Shown here: positions 25,238-37,700 of the stretch, piece by piece
How positions within the stretch are numbered: position 1 is the stretch's first letter
How the letters are laid out: each line of letters begins with the position of its first letter
Source: Tubulanus polymorphus
Taxonomy: Eukaryota; Animalia; Nemertea
DNA length: 64,000 bases
Assembly: GCF_964204645.1 (NCBI RefSeq)
Contig: NC_134028.1
Coordinates: 7,006,001-7,070,000 of the forward strand
Direction: 5' to 3'
Notes under the pieces: generated by a model
Told to the model about the DNA's origin: nothing
The model's input: the letters and a program-made list of their open reading frames with translations, nothing else
Database searches by the model: none
Translations under genes and position numbers: made by a program

Positions 25238-28200
25238 TTAGCATTTCTTATGCATGTACACAGTATTCGAATTATAGTTCGTTCGGAGTGATTTGTTGTG
25301 GTAATAACAAAATTTAGTAAGAACGTTGAAAGTTACTCCGGTGCATTCCTCGTCCAAATAACAAATCTCTCCGCACTGGTCAGCATTAAGAGCGCTTGCT
25401 TGTGCCATATTAGCTCCAGCTTGTTGGGTATTCACACGTTTTTCCATCTTACAATGCTTGGCTTCGAAAGAAAAAATCAAACAATCTTATCATAGTTCTA
25501 CATGATGAAATCTCAACTTGGACATGAAATTGCATGACTGTGGCTTCGAAAGGGTTATACAATTTGATGGACTCAAAAAATCCACAACCTTTTCGCTGAC
25601 ATACCTGTGTTGAGCTTTTTGAAATAACTGCAGCCTTTGTTTGCTACAACATTTTTCAGTACGTTATGCAAGTAACAACCGTCTTTGATTTTATTGTAAG
25701 TTGCCGCGAGACAAGCATTTTCAGAAATACAGGCTTCTTTACAAATCCCTTCATTATCAGCGTAGATCGCTTTAAGGTCACCTCCTGGTTGTTGAGTATT
25801 TGCTGATTTAATCATTCCGATATCATCTGCATTAGATATGTGTGTATCATTCGTTTAAGTAAGTAATTGATGAATTTGGGCGTGGACTCTAAAATGATGT
25901 CCATGATTTGGGCCATTCGTTTTGCCGATGACGAGTCACTTGATTTGTTCGGATTATCATAGCGAATTTATCACGTCAAATTAAATTTGATTGTAAGTAA
26001 AATCGTATTTATCCTGGCATAATCAAATTTGATTTGGTCTAATTTTTGAATTTAACACTGTATCAAATTCAAAGCGATTTCACAAATCATCAAATCACCT
26101 CCGGAGGTGACTTGATACGATTTGAAGACGGTGAACTCACACATTCTTTTCGAAAAACTGATATAAAATGCTCAAAACTGAAAGAGAAACTGAAACTCAT
26201 TCATAGGAAACAATCTAAAATGCGGGGCAGTAATTTTCTTGTCAGCCGTTTGGAACAAGACGTCAAATTCATCCTGTGGTGCAAATCTTATTTGATATAA
26301 TTACACGTGACTAGCAAGATAAATTCGCCTCATGTCAGTTGAAAAGAATATCATACAATTGGAAATTCTGAACTATATGCAGTATGTAAGCAACGGCAGG
26401 TGGAGTTAAGGACCCAGTTCCACAGTTGTGAGTTAAGATTTGACTCTGAGTTAACTCATTGAAAATGAACTAATTTTAACTCAGAGTTAACACTAACTCA
26501 GAACTGTGGAACTGGATCAAGGTGGTATATCAACCTACCTTTATATGATTCGAACGGTTTACACTGATATAACATTCTAATTCTCTTGACGTCCATTGGT
26601 TGTAGCATTCCTGACCCGAGAACCTCTCCGGGTGGCTTTGACGTCATCGTCGGTTTGCCATTTTTACTGAATCCCTGCGCGTTATAGTGCATCAGGGAAC
26701 GGTAGTTATACGACATACCCTGAGTAGTCGATGAGCGATAATTTTGTTTATTAAATACTTTCCAGTCGTCTGTAAAAGGATCAGTTAATTGTCTCATATA
26801 TAGATGTACACTTGGAAAAACCACCAGGAACAGTCAACGACTCTTTTTTGTCACATTAAGATAAACCCTTGGCCTAGCCCACAGTATTTTGAAACTTACT
26901 TGGGTCAATGTTGTCCCAGTGAACGGTGATGTGTTCATCACGGTCGGGTCTGTCCTGTTCGTGATGGAAACCCAACGCATGGATCACTTCGTGCATTACA
27001 GTATTCTTGGTTATACATTTCGGAGAATTGAGGGATAGCTTCTGACCCCCGCTATACCGCATTCCAACGTAGGACCAACATCTTAAAATGTTTAGGATAA
27101 ACCACTTGTGACATATTGATATATTTTTCACAGTGAATAACAGTTGTAAGGCAAGCTTACCCGCTTCCTTGGTGTATTTTCAAATAGAATTTTTCGTTCG
27201 TACGTGGTTGGAAACGTAAACAACCAGGACTGGCCTTGTTTACCATATACTGCAACCACTGTAATCCGTGTTCTATGATTGCTTCGTCTTTCACGGCTGA
27301 AATTGCGTAAAACGAAATCTATTTCTTTTTTAGTAATTCAAGGATTAGCTGTTTGCTGGAACATTTTCAAACTATATAGAAACATATCAGAAAGGAGCAC
27401 AACTATTTGATCTAGACAGTGCATGTACAAACGATAACAGCAAATGTAACTTACAGTAGCCAGTCATGGTGTAGGGGACGATACCGTTAGTCCACCTCCT
27501 TTCTTGATTTGTTATCGCATTTCGTAACTAGAAAATTGTCCAAAAAATTTCTGAACTGAATTTGCCAACACAACCGATGTAACGGATTATAGTTTTATTC
27601 ACCAGCCCATACGCGAGTATAGTCTATTCATACTTACACGGGGTAAAGCGATGTCACCTTCATATTTGCCTGTTCAGAATCAGAAACAAAACTTGTACAG
27701 TTCAATGGATGTTCTTACAGCATGATAGCAGATATATTTCAAATATTTACCTGAAGCCAAAACGTAATCTGGAAATAGAATAATGATGGTACGTTTATGA
27801 ATTATTTTCTATAGAAAAAGATTTTTCTAAGAATATCGCTAGAACCAACAATACATCGCACAAACTACGTTCTACGAAGAACTCTTTTAAATTTATACTC
27901 ATGGTATCATGATATTATTGAAAATATCAACTAAAAGACTATCGTAAACATCTCATTACAACACTGGTTAATACTTACCCATATCAGTCAAAACCCTCCC
28001 CTGAAAAGTCCAAGGAGAAAAAATGGAAAAGGTTAAATCCAAAACATCGAGCTCTGATTAGATATTGCTGGAACAGGAATCTATTATATCTCTTAGAACG
28101 TCTCGTTCTCGTTAGATCCCAATGGGTTCTTTGACAAATTTTCAATTTGAATATAACAGGAAAGTTTTTACATCGATATCTTCTTACCTGAACTGATAAA

Positions 28201-28244
28201 ACACATATTGAACAAAGTAAGCCAATGCTCATAAAAGCAGCCAT
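25238..28244 (-). CDS. Secreted astacin (M12A) metalloprotease with two C-terminal PAN/Apple domains, copy A (398 aa)
   Basis: 10 exons: 28188-28244 (signal MAAFMSIGLLCSICVLSVQ), 27979-28000, 27751-27768, 27638-27669 (YEGDI Asp switch), 27455-27527 (R|NAI...W..G.VPY), 27161-27296, 26900-27081 (CWSYVG; HEVIHALGFHHEQDRPDRD), 26539-26769 (SLMHY), 25605-25826 (PAN1), 25238-25461 (PAN2, TAA). Total 1197 nt, in frame. Confidence 0.93.
26410..26518. mobile_element. Short palindromic MITE (CCAGTTCCACAGTT TIR family)
   Basis: CCAGTTCCACAGTTGTGAGTTA...TAACTCAGAACTGTGGAACTGG. Also at ~23928-24022 and ~15175; not seen in the equivalent intron of the other copies. Confidence 0.75.
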
Positions 28245-29060
28245 GATGAACGCGTTTCAGAGAAGCATCTATATTTTACACGTTTATTTATACTTTTGCA
28301 TCAACATTTATGTTCTCCAACTATGTAATCATCCATTATCAAATGCTAATATATCATAACCATTACCCATTTTCCTGATGTTCAGATGATTAAATGTCGC
28401 ATTGGGTCGGGCTAACTGCCCGATCTAACTTTTCAATTATCTCCGCCATGATCCAGCATGGTTTATTGCGTGTCATCAGAAATCCATATGAGTTTTATTG
28501 GTGTAATACACTTACATACACAGCTACATGCATGCGCTTTTCAATTTCATTATTACACCCGCTCTCGTCCAATCGAAAGTTTATAAGGTCTTATGTCCTA
28601 TGACAAGATTGTTTCTATTTTAACGATTGTTTATTTATTTTTACAGTTTCCTGGCTGAATCGTATATGAGTGTGCCGCATCTTTCCGCGAAATCAGAATA
28701 GAACATGTATTTTGCGATTACAAATTTCAATTCAATCGGCCTTCGTCTGTCCATTTTTACATTGCATTTGTGTGACTCCTCAAAAACATGTCCTCAAGAT
28801 CCTGGGGTTTACGAGCAGTCGGGCAGAGCAAAATTTACTGCATAATAATTATTTGGCAGTACTGAATTCCGTTACATTGATTGCATGCTGTTGTTGTACG
28901 TGTTGGCTGACATTCTGTAGAATTCGGTTGGCTATTGATTCACTCGACTAGTACGCTGCTAACTACCGTAACCAAAACCGAATTTAAATGAAATGTTAGG
29001 GAAAAATGACGGCTGGACGTGCTAGTTTTGTTTATTAAGAATGAAAATGATTTTCAAGAT

Positions 29061-29497
29061 TTAGCATTGTTTATGCACACATACACAGAGAGCGCTTTCA
29101 GTTGCAATATCTGGGCCTTTTTGTTGGGTATTCATTCGTTTTTCCATCTTACAATGCTCGGCTTCAAAGATGAAATGTAAAATAGTAAATAGTAATGAAA
29201 AATAGTAACAACATCAACATACAATGGTTTATCACGATTCCATGTTGCCAATTGCAGGACCCGTATAAAAAAATTACTGTTTTTGAACTATTAATCTTTG
29301 ACATGAAATCGTATGATTGTGGCTTCGAACGCGGGTTATACAATCTAGTAGACTTCAGAAACCATTTACGACTTCAATGTTGACATGCCTGTGTTGAGCA
29401 TCTTGAAGCAGCTGCAATCCTTATTTGCTACAACATCTTTCAGTGCATTATGCAAGTAACACCTGTGGTTAATTTTGTTGTAAGTTGCCGCGAGACA
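29061..29497 (-). pseudogene. Orphan, degenerate PAN1/PAN2 exon pair (3' fragment of an astacin-PAN gene)
   Basis: 29389-29497 is the 3' half of a PAN1 exon (CLAATYNKINHRCYLHNALKDV..), with its donor changed to GCATGT. 29061-29161 is a PAN2 exon with a large internal deletion. It has its own AATAAA downstream. Confidence 0.85.
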
Positions 29498-29756
29498 AGG
29501 CAGTCCGGCGGTGCAAAACATTCTGTATGATAACTTTTTGGCAGTACAGTATTCCTTTTTTATAGGAACTTTTTGACTGTATGTTGATTGTATGTTAGCT
29601 GACATACAGATTCTGTAGATTTCAGCTGGCTATTCACTCACCGACTACGCTTCTAACCAACCATAACCAAAACCAAATCGAAATGAAATGTGAGGAAAAA
29701 GTAACAGATTAACATGCTAGTTTTTTTTTATTAGGAATGGAAATTTTCATCGCGAT

Positions 29757-32700
29757 TTAGCATTGTTTATGCACATACACAGTATTTGAATTAGGGTTTG
29801 TTGGTTTTGATTTATTGTGGTAATAACAGGTTTTACTTCCAATGTTGAAAGTTACTCCGGTGCACTCCTCGTCCACAGAACAAATCTCTCCGCACTGGTC
29901 AGCAGTCAGAGCGCTTCCAGTTGTCATATCTGGGCCATCTTGTTGGGTATTCACATGTTTTTCCATCTTACAATGCTCGACTTCAAAGATAAGATTGAAA
30001 TAGTAACAATATCAACATACAATGGTTTATCACGATTCCATGTTGCCAATTGCAGTACCCGTATGAAAAATTGTTTTTGAAATATATAGAACTTTGACAT
30101 TAAATCGCATGACTGGTGGCTTCGAAAGAGATATACAATTTGGTAGAATTTAGAAACCATTTACGACTTCAATGCTGACATACCTGTGTTGAGCTTCTTG
30201 AAGTAGCTGAAGCGATCATTTGCTACAACATTTTTCAGTGCATTGTGCAAGTAACAGCGCTTGTTAATTTTGCTGTAAGTTGCCGCGAGACAAGCATTTT
30301 CAGAAATACAGGCTTCTTTACAAACCCCTTCGTTACCAGCGTAGATCACCTTAAAGTCAGGTCCTATTTGTTGAGTATTTGCTGATTTAATCATCGCGAA
30401 ATCATCTGCACATAAATATATGAATATCATTCGTTGTTTAAGTAATCGCTGAATTTCGGTACTTCGTTATTTCCGATGATTATTAACGTGATTTGTTCGG
30501 AGTATCATGACAGTTGAACTAAAAATGGCGTACAAGAGGTACGTTCTTTACCAGATTGTTATTTTCAGATTTCTGGCAGAGGTCTTATCCTAGAATTTAT
30601 GATTTTCTATATGACATCATCGTGATTTACTTCTATATTCAGTTACCTCTATATTATATTTTTCAGTTACCAAAACCCAATAATCGCTGGGCATTTGTGA
30701 CCATAGATCTTTAAATTTTTAGGACTTAAAAAAGAAGTGGAATTCAAGTTTTTAACTTTTTCCCATAAAGAAAATCAATCTAGATAGCTACGTAGTTCCC
30801 ATCAATCTAGATAGGCCATACAGCAGTTCCTCCATACCCCCAAACATATATTCAGTTTCTAGATACCGGTATACCGGTAATACCACCTGCAATATGTAAT
30901 CAACGTTAACTCGCCTTTATCCGATTCGTACGGTTTACACTGATATAACATTCGAATTCTCTTGACGTCCATTGGTTGAAGGATTCCTGACCCGAGAACC
31001 TCTCCAGGTGGTTTTGACGTCATCGTCGGTTTGCCATTTTTACTGAATCCATGAGCGTTATAGTGCATCAGGGAACGATAGTTATACGGCATACCCTGAG
31101 TACTCGTCGAAGTTCGTATGTTAAATATACCCCAGTTGCCTGTAAGAAATATCAGTAATTTGTGATACAAATGATTTGATCTTTATACTTAATATAATGA
31201 TTAGTGAAAACATTGTTCGTAGTTCGTCGTGATAGTTAACAATATGATGCGTTATCAGAGAGAAAATCAGTTTAGTACGAAGTGACATTTCTTCTAGAAG
31301 AGAGATGAAATGTTAATAAAAGTTGGCGTGGTTACTTGGCGTATATTGCCACAGTATTTTTGAAACCCACCTCGTTTGATGTTGTCAAAGTTTATAGTGA
31401 TGTATTCATCACGGTCAGGTCTACCCTGTTCGTGATAAAAGCCCAACGCGTGGATCAGTTCGTGCATTGCAGTATGCCACGTTAAGCAACCCGGAGACTT
31501 TAGGGATAGCAACTGACCCCCGCGATATCGCTGCATTCCAACGTAGGACCAACACCTGAAATGTTTTGGTTAAACATTGATTGATGAAATATTTTTCATA
31601 ACGAACTCATCAGACGGTAGGACAAGCTCACCCGCTTCCTGAGAATATCTTCAACAGGAATCGTTCGTTCGTACGTGGTTTAAACCGTATACAACCAGGA
31701 CTGGCCTTATTTACCATATACTGCAACCATTGTAAACTGTGTTCTATGATTGCTTTATCATTCGTAGCTGAAATTATGAATAGCAATCTACGCATCTATA
31801 TTAGAAATTCAAGTATTTGCTGTTGGCTGGAGCAGTTTCAACTAGAAAGAAGCACGCCAGACGCATACCCATTGCAGTGCTCGAAGTCGAAGCTGTCTCA
31901 TTGCGACAGCTAATACGATCGCATTCTAGGCCAATTCAAGGCTAAGGTCGGCCTAAAGGACCGGTAATACATCGGACAAGTATTGGATTTTATCAATTTA
32001 AAAAGGCCGACCTTTTCGGGTTTGGGAAACATTTGATCTAGAGGCGAATGGACAAAAGAACGATAGTAAATGGAACTTACAGTATCCAGTAATGTTGTAG
32101 GGTACGATGCCGTTAGTCCACTTCCTGTATGTTATCGCGTTTTTTGTCTGAAAAATTGTCCCAAAAAGGTCATAACTGAATTCACCACGATTATATATGT
32201 CGATATAACAGGCGATATAACAGTTTTTTTTAGCTTATACGCCAGAAACGTTCTTTATACTTATACTTACAAGGGGTAAGGCGATGTCACCTTGATATTT
32301 GCCTGTTCAGAATCAGATACAAAAATTGTACAATTCAATGAATGTTCTTAAAGCATCATAACAGATAGATTTCGAATATTTACCTGAAGCCAAAACGTAA
32401 TCTGGAAACAAAAAGATAATGGTGTGTATATGAATAACTTTCTAAAGAAAAGGATTTTTTTTCTGGTCTGTGAATAACGCATCGCTAGAACCAAATATCT
32501 ATCGCAAAAACCACATTTCATGAATAATTCATTTCATTTTCATTCATGATATTATTGAAGATATCAAATGATGAACACGTTTCAACTGATAATTGTTGAC
32601 GACGTTGGTCATAAATACACTTACCCATATCAGTCAAAACCCTCCCCTGAAAATATGAATGAATGAATTTATTTGCAAAATAAATTGTTACAAAAAATAT

Positions 32701-32999
32701 CGACACAATATACATTATATTCAAAGTAAATTACGTCCAAGAAAAAATTTAGGAAAAATTGATCCAAAACATCGAGCTCCGATTAGATATTTCTTTACAG
32801 GAATCAGTTATAGCAGACGATACTTTTACGAACAGACGACAGATCTCAAAGTCTCGTTCTCGTTAGATCCCAATGGTTCTTTGACAAATTTTCAATTTGA
32901 ATATCACAGAAAACTTATCTTTTTACATCGATATCTTCTTACCTGAACTGATAAAACACATACCGAACATAGTAAACCGATGCTCACAAAAGCAGCCAT
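29757..32999 (-). CDS. Astacin-PAN-PAN metalloprotease, copy B (395 aa)
   Basis: Exons 32943-32999, 32625-32646, 32384-32401, 32271-32302, 32081-32147, 31632-31767, 31371-31555 (HELIHALGFYHEQGRPDRD), 30915-31139 (SLMHY; GC donor), 30184-30405, 29757-29980. Total 1188 nt in frame. An in-frame upstream ATG at 33026 is possible. Confidence 0.9.
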
Positions 33000-33767
33000 G
33001 ATAAACGTTTGTTTGAAAGAATGCATCTTTTCGCACGTTTATATACATTTTTGCACCAACACTTATCTTCTCTAACTATGTAACCATCAATTATTAAGAA
33101 TGCATCAATATTTAACATGTTTACAGATACTTTCGCATCACCAACATAAATGTTCTCCAACTAATCATCAGTTATAAATAATGCATCTTTATTTTATACG
33201 TTTGCATATTTGCGCCCACATTAATGTTCTCTAAATATTTAATAATCAATTATTAAATACTAATTATGCTTATCATAGCTATCATATATTTACTGATGTT
33301 CAGATAATCAATAATTATTAAAAATTAAACAATTATTTTTCATCGATCAGGCTAGCTGCCGGACCTAATTTTTCACTTATCTGCGCCATGACGCAATGTT
33401 TTATTGCGTGTCATAGGAAATTCGTGTGAATTCTTGTCATTTACGCCGTATGTGTGTGCTTGTCAATTAAATTTTCCGTCCTCGTCCCACCCAAAGTTTT
33501 AAGTTATTTTGTGGCTTTACAACTACGTTGTATATCCTTTAATGGTTTGGTACACAGTATCTTTCCACGAGATTAGATTCCTATTTCAAATGTCCATCTA
33601 CTTCAAATATCAATTATAACCTCAATAATTCAGATAAATAAATCGCCATTTATAAATCAACACCGAGTCTAACTTATTTTTCCTCAAATGCGCGAAAATT
33701 AACATCCACTTTGATGATTAGAATAGATGCCTCAAGTTAAGATTACTCAAGTAAAGATTCGATTAAT

Positions 33768-34197
33768 CCAATACTTGCTGAGCTACACTGGCTTCCAGTC
33801 GCAAAACACATTGATTTCAAAGTTCTGCTCATGGTTTTTAAAGTATTGAATGATTTGGCACCAAGTTACATTTGTGATCTAATCACATTATATACTCCTA
33901 CCAGATCCTTACGATCCACTAATACGATTCTACTAAATTCTGTCTCATTTAACACCCAATTCTACGGCCACCGCGCCTTTGCCCCAGCAGCTCCAATCTT
34001 ATGGAATGCTTAACCTTTTAGAATAAGATCCTGCAGCGACGTAGTTACTTTTAAAACTGAGCTGAAAACTTTTCTTTATAGACAATATTTTAATTGACTG
34101 TTCTTAATTGTTTTTATAGCCTTTTATATTTGTAAACCGCGCTGAAATGTATACGGAGCGCGGTATATAAGAAATAAATATTATTATTATTATTATT
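33768..34197 (+). mobile_element. 5'-truncated L2/CR1-group LINE 3' end
   Basis: Translates as PILAELHWLPV...FKVLLMVFKVLNDLAPSY...RSLRS...GHRAF...APILWNA*P...FKTELKTFL, the typical L2-clade ORF2 C-terminus. Followed by a 3' stem-loop CGCGCT...AGCGCG and an (ATT)n tail. Confidence 0.88.
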
Positions 34198-34775
34198 AAA
34201 GCAGCCGGGCTGGACAGTAATATTCATCGAAGAAATCGTTTTGCTGCTTGTTATCGGGATTTTACTAATTTGTTCGTTGCAGGTACTGATGCCGTAAATC
34301 GTGGAACTATCTTTTCGTGAATGAAAATGTGAATTTGTGATATTTCCGGTCAATCGAAATCAATTTTTTTTTTGTTAGAGATCTACAGGTCGACCAACCT
34401 TGCCACCCTTAGTTAATTTCAACCATAGTTAATAAATAGTTAATTCTAAAGCTCCGGTAACACTGTATACAGGCCAAGGCGATGGTTTTGTAGAATGGTT
34501 TTGTAGGGGTAGTCTCCAAAAGATTCTTATGGTTTTCTAGGCAGTCGGGCGGTGTAAAAACTATTGTTGATACTTTCTTGCAATCTATGATTGTACGTAT
34601 GTTGATCGTATGTTGGCTGACGTACAGATTACGTAAAATTCAGGTGGCTATTAATTCACTCACCGACTACTCTTCTACATAAAAAAGTCGAATCGCTCTG
34701 GAATAAAATATCGGGGAAAAGTAACGGCTTAACATTCTAGCTTTGTTTATTAAGATTGGAGATTTTCATCAAGAT

Positions 34776-37700
34776 TTAGCATTTTTTATGCATATACACA
34801 GTTTGCGAATTGCGTATCGTTAGGAGTGATTTATTGTGGTAATAACAGGTTTTAGTTCGAATGTTGAAAGTTACTCCGGTGCATTCCTCGTCCAAAGAAC
34901 AAATCTCTCCGCACTGGTCAGCATTAAGAGCACTTGCTTGTGCCATATCAGCTCCAGCTTGTTGGGTAGACGTACGTTTTTCCATCTTACAATGCTTGGC
35001 TTCAAAGAAAATGTCAATATTCAAAATATTATCAAAATATATCATGCTTCTATAACTTGCCGACTTTTCATTGAAATCTTAACTTTGACATAAAATCGCA
35101 TGGCCGTCGTTCGGAAAGATTTGTACATTTTGGTGGACTTTGCTCCATTACGACCATTTTGTTCACCAAGAATCTTAGTGTCTGATGTACCACAGATTGG
35201 TTACACTAGGATCGTAGTGCGACGGAGATCACTGGTGGAGACAACCACTGCCAGTGCTGGGTGAACCATTTTGCTGACATACCTGTGTTGAACTTCTTGA
35301 AGTAGCTGCAGTCTTTATTTGCTACACCATTTTTCAGTGCATTGTGCAAGAAACAACCGTGGTTAACTTTGGTTAGCATTTTCAGACATACAGGCCTCCA
35401 TACAAACTCCTTCATTATCAGCGTACATCGCTTTAGAGTCAGGTCCTAGCTGTTGAGTATTTGCTGATTTAATCATTGCGAAATTATCTGCACAGAAATA
35501 TATGAATATTATTTATTCATTGTTTGATTAAGTGATGCTAAATTTCGGTACTTTTTGTCGACGATGAGTCACAAAATTTGTGACAATTGTTCTTAACCAG
35601 TTTGCTATTTTCAGCTTTCGGCAGAGATCGCTGTGATAGGGCCCTAGCTTACATCAATCTAGATTTTTCAATATTTCACCAACCAAAACCCAACCGCTCC
35701 CCCAAAACATTTTCAACTTCAAGATGCGTATAGTATGTACTATCTGCAATATCAACGCCGTGGAGTTTGGGTTTTATGTCCACCCACCTTTATCTGAGTC
35801 GTACGGTTTACACTGATATAACATTCTAATTCTCTTGACGTCCATTGGTTGTAGCATTCCTGACCCGAGAACCTCTCCTGGTGGTTTTGACGTCATCGTC
35901 GGTTTGCCATTTTTACTGAATCCATGAGCGTTATAGTGCATCAGGGAACGATAGTTATACGGCATACCCTGAGTACTCGAAGACGTTTGTTTGTTAAATA
36001 CGCCCCGGTTCTCTGTAAAATATTAAATTTTCAGTGTTATTTTGTATACAAAGTATGAAGATTAGTGAAAACAGTGTACGTATGTGCTTCGTGACAATAT
36101 GTTGATTCGTGGGTGACAAAATCAGTTCAGTAAAAACTGACATTTCTTCTAATACATTTACACTAAGAAAAACTACCAAGAATAGTCAACGCATTTCTAC
36201 TCTCACTAGAAGAGGGGTTAGATGTTATATAAGCTCTTGGTTGGCCACAACATTTTTAATGCTTACTTGGGTCAATGTTTTCCCAGTGAACGGTGATGTG
36301 TTCATCACGGTCGGGTCTGTCCTGTTCGTGGTGAAAACCCAACGCATGGATCACTTCGTGCATTACAGTATTCTTCGTTACACAACCCGGTGAGTCTAGG
36401 GATAGTTTCTGACCCCCGCGATAGGTCTGCATTCCAACGTAGGACCAACAGCTTAAAATGTTATGCATGGGATGTTAACTTGAAACATTGATGAAATATT
36501 TTTCATGGCGAAGTTATCAGTACGATAAGCTCACCCGCCTCCTTGATGTATCTGCAAAAAGGATTCTTCGTTCGTACGTGGTCTGAACCGTAAACAACCA
36601 GGACTGGCCTTGTTTACCATATACTGCAACCACTGTAATCCGTGTTCTATGATTGCTTCGTCTTTCGTGGCTGAATTATGGAATGAAATCCATTTGTTTT
36701 GTAGAAAATCAAGGATTTGTTGTTGGAGAAGTTTCAAACTAAAAAGAAGCACGCCAGAAACAGACCCGTGGCGTGAGTGATTTTATGGACAGTTCGTTTT
36801 TTTTTGTGCGAAATTGCTGACATTTTAAAACGGCGCTTGAAGCTGAAGACGTCTCGTTGTGACGGTAAATGCGCTCGCAGTTCTAGGCTTTCTTTCATGC
36901 TATGTAGTTCACTGCCAACCATATCTGAAGGCCTATAGGACCGGTAGTACATAGGACAAACATTGGATTCTATTCTATTTCAAAGGCCGACCTTTTTCGG
37001 ATTTTGGGGAGTTTTTCGTAGCATCCCCTCCCCAGACACACACACACTTCCGGGTCTGAGATCTAGAAAAATATTTGATCTAGATGCGAATGGACAAAGG
37101 ATAATAGAAAATGAAACTTACAGTAGCCAGTGATGGTGTAGGGTACGATGCTGTTAGTCCACTGTCTGTTTGTTATCGCGTTTCGGAACTAAAATTGTCC
37201 CAAAAAATATCTGAACTAAATTCATTAAGATACCGATGTAACAGGTTATAGTTTTATTTATTAGCCTATACGCCATAAAAGTCTATTCATACTTACAAGG
37301 GGTAAAGCGATATCACCTTGATATTTGCCTGTTCAGAATCAGATGCAAAAATTGTACCTGCAGTTCAATGGATGTTCTTAAAGCATCATAACAGATAGAT
37401 TTCGAATATTTTACCTGAAGCCAAAACGTAATCTGGAAGTGAAATAATACTGGTACACATATAATTGTTCTCACTAGAAAAGGATTTTTTGATCTGAGAA
37501 TATCGCCAAAACCAACTATCCATCGCGAAAGCTACATTCTAGGAAGTATTCATTTCATTGCCAGCCATTATATAATTGGAAAAAAATATCAAGTGGTCAT
37601 ATAAATATACTTACCCATATCTGTCAAAACCCTGCCCTGAAAATATACGTCCAAGAAATAATTAGGAAAAATTGATCCAAAACATCGAGCTCCGATTAGT

